Shown: positions 51,839-63,702, counted from the first letter of the whole stretch. The stretch is DNA of 63,795 nt, filler included, from Octopus bimaculoides (GCF_001194135.2; 6 parts of 6 records of this genome joined end to end with filler, not necessarily neighbours in it); one strand, 5' to 3'. Made by a program: numbers and translations. Notes: a model not told the origin generated them from the letters alone.

Positions 51839-53430
51839 ATCTATAAATAACAGCATGTAATTATTGAGTTGAAAACCCTTGTGTGGGGTGGGGGGTGCAC
51901 GTGTTCGTACGAGGGCATTGCTATCTCTCGGCGAAATAGAATTTCATTCATATGCTGAGCATATATATTTTATTAGGGAATCTAAAGTGTAATTCTTGAT
52001 AGTGACTCACCAGTTTCATCTCAGTAGAAACTCAGCAGAAGGTTAGTTTAAAAATGAATTAATTCAGGATATGAGCTTGTGTCGTGTCCTAGTTTATATT
52101 TGGGATTGTGTGAAATTTGCTTCATGCACACGAGCGGAATTATAACAGAATAGGAGTGCTTCGACGAGTCTTTTACAGGAATTCTTGAATAGAACTTAAA
52201 TAATTTTCTTTTTTAAATATCAAGATACATATATATTAATTTTTGTATGCATTACATACACATAAGCATGCATGCAATACAGTATTAGTAACGAAGATAA
52301 ATAGTAATTAGTGTGTATGTGCAATGTGTGTGTGTCTAGTGTTTAGCGTTAACTGTCAGATAAAAGAGTACTCAATACCATGGAAAAGATTAATAGGATA
52401 TTTTATTTTGGTCGAGTCTCTTGCTACTTTGAGTCTCACTAGGAGGTGTATAGAATCTTCAGACAAGTTGTCACAACTTGCCTGAAGATCCTGCGTCTCC
52501 TTACAGGTGACACTCACAGTTAAAGAAGCTGAATCGACCAAAATAATGTGTGTGAGTGCGTATGTATGTTTATGCATGAATATATAATATATATCATGTG
52601 GGGGGGGGGGCGGTTCATAGATCTCGATCTTTGTCGATTATTCAAATGAATGAAACAAGAAAGCAGTGTGAGAAAATGTACGAAAAGATATTCGTAAGCA
52701 TCAAAATAAGACTAGTTATCAATGTTTGATTATTTAGCGAAAAGATATTAGAAAAAGTGTCACGCATTTATCTCTTCGATTGTTATATTTAGAACATCCA
52801 TTTATTCACATGAAAAATGCGTGACATTTTCTGATATGACTATTATTAATGAAAATTTTTGTGTTAGTGAATAATTAAATTTTTATGTTTGTATGTATAT
52901 GTTTTTATACATTGCATGACGATTTTTCAGGGTATGGCAGTTCTACCATGTGGGTATTAAACTATTATAAACAAATGGAAATTTATCAAGAAATATTAAT
53001 GGAAATATCCGCAAGAATTCTCCAGTTACGATCTTTTCATATTTGCGAAAAGCTCTAATAGCCCTTTCTACTCCTCTGGGAAGCACAAATCACACTTATG
53101 GGATCTGTGGACACATAAATGTATTGGTACCCGAGTTCTATAATATATCAATCAATCTTATATCCGTTAGCATTATCAAACTTTAAATTCTGAATATATT
53201 AGGATATTGGGGTGGTAATGTTGCTGAGTATCTGAGTGTATACATATGTTGATAGAACCTTCTTTAAAAGACATTTTTATAAGCCCTAATAAGTTTTCCT
53301 TGCACTTTTATTTACAAGGGGGTATTTTAGCTCGACAAATTAAAGATTTACAAAGACTCATAAAATCTTTAAAAAATGCCTCACCACTTCGTTATCAAAT
53401 TATGTCAGGAGTTTGAACGATGATATACTA

Positions 53431-53491
53431 GGTGCAGGAGTGGTTGTGTGGTAAGTCAGTAGCTTGCTTACCAACCACGTGGTTCCGGGTT
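53431..53491 (+). mobile_element. SINE A head fragment
   Basis: ggtgcaggagtggttgtgtggtaag...agcttgcttaccaaccacgtggttccgggtt. Confidence 0.75.
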
Positions 53492-53608
53492 AATGAAATT
53501 TTAACAGACATGTACTCTACTAAAAGTATTGAGTAATCGTTCAGTTAAATGTTCAATTGCTGTTATACTAAGTTCACATAAGAACACATTTTAACACAAA
53601 CATACACA

Positions 53609-53645
<37 letters not shown>

Positions 53646-53740
53646 ACACACACACACACTTATGTATACTTCTGAATGTATATCTGTATATACATACATA
53701 TATGTATATATATATATATATACATACATACATACATACA

Positions 53741-53778
<38 letters not shown>

Positions 53779-53878
53779 CATATATATGGGAGAATATACA
53801 AAAAATAACAACAGACGAGGACAGGTGGTGTAAATAACAAAAGTATATATTAGTATGACGCTCGGGAATACGGAAAGT

Positions 53879-53913
53879 CTTTGACGTTTCGAGCTACGCT
53901 CTTCAACAGAAAG
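53879..53913 (-). ncRNA. Minimal type I hammerhead ribozyme-like motif (core variant) in a short repeat (~53770-53960)
   Basis: RNA: CUUU CUGUUGA A GAGC GUA GCUC GAAAC GUC AAAG; stem I CUUU/AAAG, stem II GAGC/GCUC, palindromic stem III ACGU, cleavage triplet GUC; A6 is U. Confidence 0.5.
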
Positions 53914-54137
53914 AATACGGAGACAAGGAGAAAAACACGGAGAAAAAAAATTGAATAGTGTTCAGTCAACGGTCAATCATAATAATGGCCGATCATAACA
54001 ATGACTGACCGGAAGTTAGAAATTCTTATTTCAGGAGNNNNNNNNNNNNNNNNNNNNNNNNNNNNNNNNNNNNNNNNNNNNTTAATTAATTAANNNNNNN
54101 NNNNNNNNNNNNNNNNNNNNNNNNNNNNNNNNNNNNN

Positions 54138-54300
54138 TACGTCCTTGTAACTTAGCGGTTCGGCAACATTGACCGATAGAATAAGTTACAGATTACAATG
54201 AAAATATGTAGTACTGGAGTCGATACATTCAACTAATAATTCTTCAAGGCGGTGCCCCAGCATGGCCGCAGTGTAATGGCTAAAACAAGTAAATGGTAAT
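54138..54300 (+). mobile_element. SINE A 3' half
   Basis: tacgtcc.tgtaacttagcggttcggcaa...gaccgatagaataag...ggcggtgccccagcatggccgcag. Confidence 0.8.
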
Positions 54301-54494
54301 ATATATATATATATATATATATATCAGCCGAAATTGCAAAGATAATCTGGAACTCGACTGAGGAAAGAAAACTCCGAATGACCCGTCCTTGTTTTCTTTG
54401 TATCGTCTATCTGAATGTTTTGTTGTCCCTTTCTTGTATCCCCTAGACAGCTAGGAAGTTTTGCATTCTTGTCCCATATATATATATATATATA

Positions 54495-54680
54495 TACGAC
54501 AGGCTTATTTCAGTTTCTGTTTATAAAATCCACTAACAAGGCTTTGATCGACCCAAGGCTATAGCAGAAGGCATTTGTCCAAGTTACCACATACACATAC
54601 ACACACTGAATACTGGGACTGAACACTGGGGCCATATGGTTGGGAAGCAAGCTTGTTACCATACAACCACGCCTGCGCCT
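54495..54680 (-). mobile_element. SINE A 5' half
   Basis: Reverse complement of the head, ending at (TA)n. Confidence 0.8.
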
Positions 54681-55009
54681 AAATTTATGCTTGCCTTTGT
54701 AAACGCATGGTTTAGAGTTCACTTTCATAGAGCAAGTGTCTAACCAATGCGAACAGAAAGAGATGGCACTCAGTTCGTAGAGTACAATGGAGTAACACTG
54801 GTAGGATTGGCTTTGCAACTGCTGCTGCTGCTACTGCTGCTGCTGCTACTGCTGCTGCTGCGCTGCTTACTCCGAGTCTCTTTTGGTTGCTTTTGTAAAC
54901 AATCACAATTAAATGTGAAGTGTTGATTTGAAAAGCATCGACGCGAGAATCGCTGTATACGACTGTTGAAAATCCAGTTCTTCTGCTGTTATACACGTTC
55001 ACTCACGCA

Positions 55010-55042
<33 letters not shown>

Positions 55043-55921
55043 GTATGTATACATGTATGTATACGTGTGTGTGTGCATGTGTGTGTATGTGTGAGTGTGT
55101 TTGTGTGCGCGCGCCTGAGTATATAGGTATGTATATATATATATATATATATATATNNNNNNNNNNNNNNNNNNNNNNNNNNNNNNNNNNNNNNNNNNNN
55201 NNNNNNNNNNNNNNNNNNNNNNNNNNNNNNNNNNNNNNNNNNNNNNNNNNNNNNNNNNNNNNNNNNNNNNNNNNNNNNNNNNNNNNNNNNNNNNNNNNNN
55301 NNNNNNNNNNNNNNNNNNNNNNNNNNNNNNNNNNNNNNNNNNNNNNNNNNNNNNNNNNNNNNNNNNNNNNNNNNNNNNNNNNNNNNNNNNNNNNNNNNNN
55401 NNNNNNNNNNNNNNNNNNNNNNNNNNNNNNNNNNNNNNNNNNNNNNNNNNNNNNNNNNNNNNNNNNNNNNNNNNNNNNNNNNNNNNNNNNNNNNNNNNNN
55501 NNNNNNNNNNNNNNNNNNNNNNNNNNNNNNNNNNNNNNNNNNNNNNNNNNNNNNNNNNNNNNNNNNNNNNNNNNNNNNNNNNNNNNNNNNNNNNNNNNNN
55601 NNNNNNNNNNNNNNNNNNNNNNNNNNNNNNNNNNNNNNNNNNNNNNNNNNNNNNNNNNNNNNNNNNNNNNNNNNNNNNNNNNNNNNNNNNNNNNNNNNNN
55701 NNNNNNNNNNNNNNNNNNNNNNNNNNNNNNTATATATATATATAATACAAATAATATGTGAGTATATGTATGTACATACCTACATCTACATGTATATATA
55801 GATGCATACCTGGGTACAGGACGTCACAAAAAGACGTGGACAAAATGAAAAACAGAACATAAACAGAGCACAGAAAACAAACAGGCCACATAGAGAATAT
55901 TTCCATATATATATATATATC

Positions 55922-56052
55922 AGCTCCAACTCCGCCGAGGTTGACTTTGCCTTTCATCCTTTCAGGGTCGATTAAATAAGTACCAGTTACACACTGGAGT
56001 CGATGTAATCGACTGAAACCCTTTGTCTGTCCTTGTTTGTCCCCTCTATGTT
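55922..56052 (+). mobile_element. SINE B partial copy
   Basis: actccgccgaggttgactttgcctttcatcctttcagggtcgattaaataagtaccag. Confidence 0.8.
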
Positions 56053-56577
56053 TGTCGTATTGTGATTCTCTCCTATTGTGGAGCTGGTATTAATTGCCAT
56101 TTGATAATTATGACACACTCTCGTATGATATTTGATAGACCTGTATTTATCTGCTGTTCAAATACATGCCACAGGCTTCTCTGAGTTATTCATCTTAAAT
56201 AATTCTAGTTTAAATAACCTCGGCCATAAATGTGTTCAACTCTTTCTGCATACGTCTAAATCCTTTTTATTTTATTTTTTTCTGCATACGTCTAAATCGG
56301 ATGGTTGTCGTGCTGATAACGCCTGTTGATGCAGAAACATGACCTTAACTGTCCTTTAATTTCCTGACAATAAACCAGTTCTTTTCTTTGATGACGTATT
56401 ATCTTTAGAGAAATTCTGGATTCTTACGATTATTTCTTTCTCTCATCTAGAGGTAGAAATAATTTTAATAAATCAAGGTTTTATATTGTATGTTATTTCA
56501 TAAACCTGCATTTGTTTTAGCTGTACTTCTCTTAGGCTCATTGCTTGTAAAATTATACATACGCATACACATGTTGT

Positions 56578-56894
56578 TGGCACTCCGTCGTTTACGACGA
56601 CTAGGGTTCCAGTTGATCTGATCAACGGAACAGCCTGCTCATGAAATTAACGTGCAGGTGGCTGAGCACTCCACAGACATGTGTACCCTTAACATAGGTC
56701 TCGGGGATATTCAGCGTGACACAGTGTGACAAGGCTGGCCCTTTGAAATACAGGTACAACAGAAACAGAAAGAAAGAGTGAGAGAAAGCTGTGGTGTAAG
56801 AGTACAGCAGGGTTCGCCACCATCCCCTGCCGGAGCCTCGTGGAACTTTAGGTGTTTTCGCTCAATAAACACTCACAACGCCCGGTCTGGGAAT
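56578..56894 (-). mobile_element. SINE family S3, head running into a gap
   Basis: Colinear with 50754-51012 and extends into ...aaacactcacaacgcccggtctgggaat (reverse complement of a B-box-like attcccagaccggg). Confidence 0.85.
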
Positions 56895-57720
56895 NNNNNN
56901 NNNNNNNNNNNNNNNNNNNNNNNNNNNNNNNNNNNNNNNNNNNNNNNNNNNNNNNNNNNNNNNNNNNNNNNNNNNNNNNNNNNNNNNNNNNNNNNNNNNN
57001 NNNNNNNNNNNNNNNNNNNNNNNNNNNNNNNNNNNNNNNNNNNNNNNNNNNNNNNNNNNNNNNNNNNNNNNNNNNNNNNNNNNNNNNNNNNNNNNNNNNN
57101 NNNNNNNNNNNNNNNNNNNNNNNNNNNNNNNNNNNNNNNNNNNNNNNNNNNNNNNNNNNNNNNNNNNNNNNNNNNNNNNNNNNNNNNNNNNNNNNNNNNN
57201 NNNNNNNNNNNNNNNNNNNNNNNNNNNNNNNNNNNNNNNNNNNNNNNNNNNNNNNNNNNNNNNNNNNNNNNNNNNNNNNNNNNNNNNNNNNNNNNNNNNN
57301 NNNNNNNNNNNNNNNNNNNNNNNNNNNNNNNNNNNNNNNNNNNNNNNNNNNNNNNNNNNNNNNNNNNNNNNNNNNNNNNNNNNNNNNNNNNNNNNNNNNN
57401 NNNNNNNNNNNNNNNNNNNNNNNNNNNNNNNNNNNNNNNNNNNNNNNNNNNNNNNNNNNNNNNNNNNNNNNNNNNNNNNNNNNNNNNNNNNNNNNNNNNN
57501 NNNNNNNNNNNNNNNNNNNNNNNNNNNNNNNNNNNNNNNNNNNNNNNNNNNNNNNNNNNNNNNNNNNNNNNNNNNNNNNNNNNNNNNNNNNNNNNNNNNN
57601 NNNNNNNNNNNNNNNNNNNNNNNNNNNNNNNNNNNNNNNNNNNNNNNNNNNNNNNNNNNNNNNNATATATATATATATTTACATACGTACATACGTACAT
57701 ATATATATAAATTCATATAT

Positions 57721-57753
<33 letters not shown>

Positions 57754-58434
57754 CGTACATATATGTTCATATATGTATACATATATATATAGGTGCATAT
57801 TTATATATAAACATATATAAATATAACTACATATACCTATATATACATGCAAATGTTTGTATATGTATATGCATATATATATGTGTGTGTATATATAGAG
57901 AGAGAGAGTGAAAGAGGGATAAATAGTTATACATATATGTAGATGTATATATATATATGAGTGTGTGTGTGTGTGTGTGTAGCTAGATAGATAGGTAGAT
58001 AGATATACATATATGTATATGAAAGTATATATAACATATAATATATAATATATATATGTATGTATACACACACATGATAACCTCACACACACATGTACGT
58101 ACACACGTCCATACGCACTCACACATGCACCCCAGTACACGAAACGCACATCACTCCACAAAATATACACACTAGGTTATTTATGCACATACACACGGCC
58201 CACATTATTTTAAGCTCGCCCACACATCCATAAGTACGCACTTTCCTCCATCACATAGTCACACTCACACACACGGTTCTCACATACAAACAGGTGTTTG
58301 CTCAACCTAGTTCGACCGGGTCGCCGTCATTATCTCCCTTTCACTCAACCTCTTTCTTCCGGCCATTTCATGATGTTGAACCGTTAAACCCTACCCATTT
58401 CTTCCTCGCTCCGTTTTTTTTTTTCCTCTCAATA

Positions 58435-58470
58435 CTTTCTGCTGAAGGGCATAGGCTCGAAACGTCAAAG
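58435..58470 (+). ncRNA. Minimal type I hammerhead ribozyme-like motif (core variant), homologue of 53879-53913
   Basis: RNA: CUUU CUGCUGA A GGGC AUAG GCUC GAAAC GUC AAAG; same stems; A6 is C. Confidence 0.5.
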
Positions 58471-58555
58471 ACTTTTGCATTCTTCACGAGCGTTAGGCTA
58501 AAATAACTGCTCGTTGTTCTTTCACCTATCTTCGACTTATGTTTTCTGCAAATTT

Positions 58556-58589
<34 letters not shown>

Positions 58590-59154
58590 NNNNNNNNNNN
58601 NNNNNNNNNNNNNNNNNNNNNNNNNNNNNNNNNNNNNNNNNNNNNNNNNNNNNNNNNNNNNNNNNNNNNNNNNNNNNNNNNNNNNNNNNNNNNNNNNNNN
58701 NNNNNNNNNNNNNNNNNNNNNNNNNNNNNNNNNNNNNNNNNNNNNNNNNNNNNNNNNNNNNNNNNNNNNNNNNNNNNNNNNNNNNNNNNNNNNNNNNNNN
58801 NNNNNNNNNNNNNNNNNNNNNNNNNNNNNNNNNNNNNNNNNNNNNNNNNNNNNNNNNNNNNNNNNNNNNNNNNNNNNNNNNNNNNNNNNNNNNNNNNNNN
58901 NNNNNNNNNNNNNNNNNNNNNNNNNNNNNNNNNNNNNNNNNNNNNNNNNNNNNNNNNNNNNNNNNNNNNNNNNNNNNNNNNNNNNNNNNNNNNNNNNNNN
59001 NNNNNNNNNNNNNNNNNNNNNNNNNNNNNNNNNNNNNNNNNNNNNNNNNNNNNNNNNNNNNNNATATGTTAAACAGGACAGCAAACATTAAGGCAAGGTA
59101 AACATCTCAAGTCGTACACAATATTATTTATATTATTATAGGAACAAATTCAAA

Positions 59155-59210
59155 ATCTTACAACTGTTTCTGGGATATCCCCGAGTATGGAATAATCCCT
59201 CATCAGAGAC
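59155..59210 (-). ncRNA. Type I hammerhead ribozyme motif with canonical core
   Basis: RNA: GUCU CUGAUGA GGGAUUAUUCC AUACUCG GGGAUAUCCC A GAAAC AGUU GUA AGAU; stem I 4 bp, stem II 10 bp with one bulge, self-complementary stem III ACAGUUGU, cleavage triplet GUA. Confidence 0.65.
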
Positions 59211-59488
59211 AAATAGGGAAAATGAGGATGGTATATATGAATGAGATGACGACATAGAGGAAGGGAGTAAAAGAATAAGTGGATGAAAGAAAGCAGAAAA
59301 AAGAAGCATAAAAGTTCATATTTCAACTTTCCAAAGTTATAGAAACCAGAGCCTGAGTCCTTAGGTGCAATCCTGCGTAGATCCTTGGGCGTAAGTCCTT
59401 AGCCGCAATCCTGCGTATATCCATGTGGGTTAAAAACCTGATATAGTAGATATCCCAATAAAAAAAGACGCAAACATATCAACGTTCA

Positions 59489-59526
59489 ATTACATCATGG
59501 CTCTTTTTAAAGAGCCATGATGTAAT
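59489..59526. repeat. Perfect 18-bp inverted repeat with a 2-nt loop
   Basis: attacatcatggctcttt tt aaagagccatgatgtaat. Confidence 0.95.
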
Positions 59527-60211
59527 GTATTAAGTCCATTTGTTTTTACATGTATGTTAACATATTGTATTATGTCACTGTAACCTTTTTATATTTTTTT
59601 AATTATTTTTTCCTCCCTTTCTGTACAATGAACATCCTGAAGAAGGGAGTGCCTCATTTCTAATATGAGTACTACACCATATTAATAGACACATTTCAGA
59701 AACGGCCCGTACATGAATACTTTTAACATTAACCTATGTATTGTACGGTTTTTTTTATATGGTATATATACATATCCTTTTCTAATGTACACGTTTTTAA
59801 TATAATACATATAAATTTATAATATCATATCATATCGTATCATATCGTATATATTTACCCATTATATGTTAAATCATACTGTGCGTTTATATATCGTAAT
59901 GTATTAATCTAAAATTGTCAAATATTTTTATACGACTTGGAAACTATGAATGTTTATAAATATTTTAAAATAAATATTTTAAACATTCATGATATTTCTG
60001 AAGTTTATATCATTGTATATGCCTGTATACTTTATTTTAGCTTACTTTTTAGACATTTTAGAGACTTAAAACTATATATTTATTGATTCTAGAATGAATT
60101 GAACACACACANNNNNNNNNNNNNNNNNNNNNNNNNNNNNNNNNNNNNNNNNNNNTTAATTAATTAANNNNNNNNNNNNNNNNNNNNNNNNNNNNNNNNN
60201 NNNNNNNNNNN

Positions 60212-60520
60212 ACAGACTTTATTCGTTGCTCGGATTAACACCACAAGGTGGTGGTAGACTTAATCTTTTTACCTGGATTAACACCACCGAATCATGACAA
60301 ACTTTATCCGCTGCCCGGATTAATGCTACCAATCAATAACAGACTTTATTCGTTGCTCGGATTAACACCACAAGGTGGTGGTAGACTTAATCTTTTTGCC
60401 TGGATTAACACCACCAAATCGTGACAAACTTTATCCGCTGCCCGGATTAATGCTACTAATCGGTGACAGACGTTATTCGTCACTCAGGCGTTATTCGTCG
60501 CCAGGTGGTGATAGACTTAA
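60212..60520. repeat. Higher-order tandem repeat: 127-bp unit of three 42-43-bp monomers
   Basis: Units start at 60212, 60339 and 60466 (the third degenerate); GGATTA at 60232, 60275, 60317, 60359, 60402 and 60444; left side lost in a gap. Confidence 0.9.
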
Positions 60521-60769
60521 CTCTACCAACGAAGAATTATGACTGCAAACAACCAGAATCAATAGAGTCTTGGCATTCCACCCGACTTTCTGAAAATTCT
60601 GCCAATCCACCGCCCTGGATTAGCCGAGGCAAGGATTTGAACTCAGAGTGCGGAGATACGGAATAAATACCTGAAGGCATCCTGTACATGGAAATTAAGG
60701 AGTCTGGAGACGTAGAATTCATAGGCTTCCATGGTGTCTCAGTGACCGAGATCATAACATGCCACCTAC

Positions 60770-60910
60770 CCTTGAACGGGACGCCAGGCCGTCGCAGGAT
60801 CAATCATTTACAGCTGGGTGGACTGGGGCAACGTGAAATGAAGTGTTTTGCTCAAGAACACAACGTGCCGCCCTGTCCGGGAACCGAAACCACGACCTTG
60901 CGATCGTAAG
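60770..60910 (-). mobile_element. SINE family C copy
   Basis: Reverse complement ggtcgtggtttcggttcccgga...gtgttcttgagcaaaacacttcatttcacgttgccccagtccacccagctgtaaatg. Confidence 0.75.
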
Positions 60911-61371
60911 TACACTTAGAATATGAGGATTGGTTATATTTAATTCTTAACAAACTGAATATTTTACTCGGGGGAAATATGTCTGTAACGTTTGTTCTAG
61001 AATGATTGCAATAAAACAATGAGTTTATAGCGTTGTGGCAGCGCTTGTTGAGACATGTCGAAGAAATACGAGAAGGTTTACTTGTTGTTTAATTCGGTTT
61101 ATAAAGAAAATGGTGAACAATAGCGCCGTTAGTGGCAGGCTTCCAACTGGGTGATCAGAGATTCACTTCTTTTCTGGCGGCCAGGCCAAGGGAGTGCCTG
61201 CAACTAGGTGCAGAACAAATACCGAAACGGGTTTCGAAAAGAATAGAAAATTCGGATTTTGCCATCAATGTTTTGCATCCATCACCCATATACATTGATA
61301 AATTGCACACACATACACATAAATATGCAAACACATATGCACCCATATGCATACATGCACACGTACGTGCA

Positions 61372-61402
<31 letters not shown>

Positions 61403-61734
61403 NNNNNNNNNNNNNNNNNNNNNNNNNNNNNNNNNNNNNNNNNNNNNNNNNNNNNNNNNNNNNNNNNNNNNNNNNNNNNNNNNNNNNNNNNNNNNNNNNN
61501 NNNNNNNNNNNNNNNNNNNNNNNNNNNNNNNNNNNNNNNNNNNNNNNNNNNNNNNNNNNNNNNNNNNNNNNNNNNNNNNNNNNNNNNNNNNNNNNNNNNN
61601 NNNNNNNNNNNNNNNNNNNNNNNNNNNNNNNNNNNNNNNNNNNNNNNNNNNNNNNNNNNNNNNNNNNNNNNNNNNNNNNNNNNNNNNNNNNNNNNNNNNN
61701 NNNNNNNNNNNNNNNNNNNNNNNNNNNNNNNNNN

Positions 61735-61779
<45 letters not shown>

Positions 61780-62614
61780 CTTACGTACATACGTATATTT
61801 CTACGAAGTACCTTCTATAGAAAATTCAAATTACCAACTGATGAACAATATAGGCCAAGCAAACCCGAAACCGAAGACATAGAGAGCTGTAAAAACATGT
61901 CCTCTAAATACTATCTTCGCATGATGCGGCGGTCAGGACAGCCTGGAATACAATACGATCTTAAGGTGGTTTATATTGGGTATGATTGTACTTAGTGCCG
62001 TCTTTGCAAGGAGACAAAAATTCAGATTTTAAATTCATGCCCTAAGAATCTAAGATCAGAATGAACATGCTTTCATATACACGCGCGCATATTGGTGTGT
62101 GTGAGAGTGTGTGCATGTGTGTGTGCGTGCGTGAGCGTGTGTGTACATACATACATAAAAAACAAGCATACATACGTACGTACGTAACTACAGAGGTTTG
62201 AAAGAACAAAGATGATAAATAGAAGACGATGCAAGATATATTTCTATTCCATTTGGTCGGCAGGAAGTCACAAAAATAACTCCCAGTCTGGAAATTCCGT
62301 GCATTGCACTTATCAAACTAGCACCAAAGCAGTTCAGAGAGTTTGGTGCGTGGCACAAAATTCTTCACCTTTGAACCAAGAGTTTTCAATCTGCCCAAGG
62401 TTATCTCTCTTCAGAATTTCTCGTTGAGGGAGGCTAAAGAGTCAGAAGCGGGCGTCTGAGAATACGCTAGAAGGAAGCTCTTGGGCAGACATGGTGTTTT
62501 TACACCTTTTGCCTTAAGAGAGAATTTAATCTCTATGGTAACTGTAGTGAATCTGTCTTTGGAAATTAAAATATGTTACAAACATATTTTAACTAACCTA
62601 AACTTTGCTTTCGC

Positions 62615-62667
<53 letters not shown>

Positions 62668-63155
62668 NNNNNNNNNNNNNNNNNNNNNNNNNNNNNNNNN
62701 NNNNNNNNNNNTTAATTAATTAANNNNNNNNNNNNNNNNNNNNNNNNNNNNNNNNNNNNNNNNNNNNATATGCATATATATATATATATAATGTATATGT
62801 GTAGATATATATGTATATATATATATATAATGTATATGTGTAGATATATATGTATATATGTACGTATATATATATACATATATGAACATATATATGTGTA
62901 TATATATATGTGTGTGTGTGTATATATGTGTCTATATATATATATATCTATATATGTATACATATTTGTATATATGTATACAGATATGTATATATATAAG
63001 TATATATAGGTATATATATATGTGTGTATATATATGTAGGTATAGATATATGTACATATGTGTATATATATGTATATATATGTATATATACGTGTGAATA
63101 TATTTGTATATGCATATATGTGTATATGTATGCATATATGTATGCATATATATAC

Positions 63156-63205
<50 letters not shown>

Positions 63206-63533
63206 GTATGTTTGTATGTATGTATGTATGTATGTATGTATGTATGTATGTATGTATATCCCAATCGTTCGAAACGCGGAGTAGATAAAACAAGCGACAA
63301 CTGATGAAGGGATTGTCTATTTGTTTCTTTCGCTGTTGGAAATAAAAAGTTCGTTTTCCATGTTTTTTGTGTTTTCATCTTCTCGTTTTTTATGTTGCTC
63401 ACGTTTTTTTTTAACGTCCTGTACCCATAAATGCATGTGTACATACATATATATGTAGGTAAACACACATATGTATGTATATATGCATATATATTTGTAT
63501 TATTTATATTATTATATGTATATATATGTATGT

Positions 63534-63693
63534 GTAGGAGTGGCTGTGAGGTAAGAAGCTTACATGCCAACCAATTGGTTGGGGTTCGGACCACCGCGTG
63601 GCACCCTGGGCAAGTATCTTCTACTATAGCCGCAGGCTCACCAAACTCCTGTGAGTTTACTTGGTAGAAGGCAGCTGAAAGAAGCACGTTGTA
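63534..63693 (+). mobile_element. SINE A 5' half, diverged
   Basis: gtaggagtggctgtgaggtaag...gtggcaccctgggcaagtatcttctactatagcc...ctgaaagaagc.cgttgta, then (TA)/(CA). Confidence 0.8.
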
Positions 63694-63702
63694 TATATAC
63701 AT

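Noticed and set aside
60212-60520. CRISPR-like appearance of the 42-bp periodic array
   Set aside because: The intervening sequences recur every 127 bp rather than being unique spacers, there are no cas genes, and the context is eukaryotic.
61080-61260. GC-rich segment with possible micro-exons (ALPWPGRQKE on the minus strand)
   Set aside because: Splice signals are weak on both strands and the peptide is unrecognised; the long ORF call here is an N-gap artefact.
61837-61880. ctgatga...cgaaacc, hammerhead-like; similar partial motifs at ~46955-47005 (-) and ~54355-54390
   Set aside because: No pairing stem II and/or no valid stem III and cleavage triplet.
62380-62545. Good acceptor ttatctctcttcag followed by complex sequence
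   Set aside because: All three forward frames hit stops within 15 codons; no support for a coding exon.
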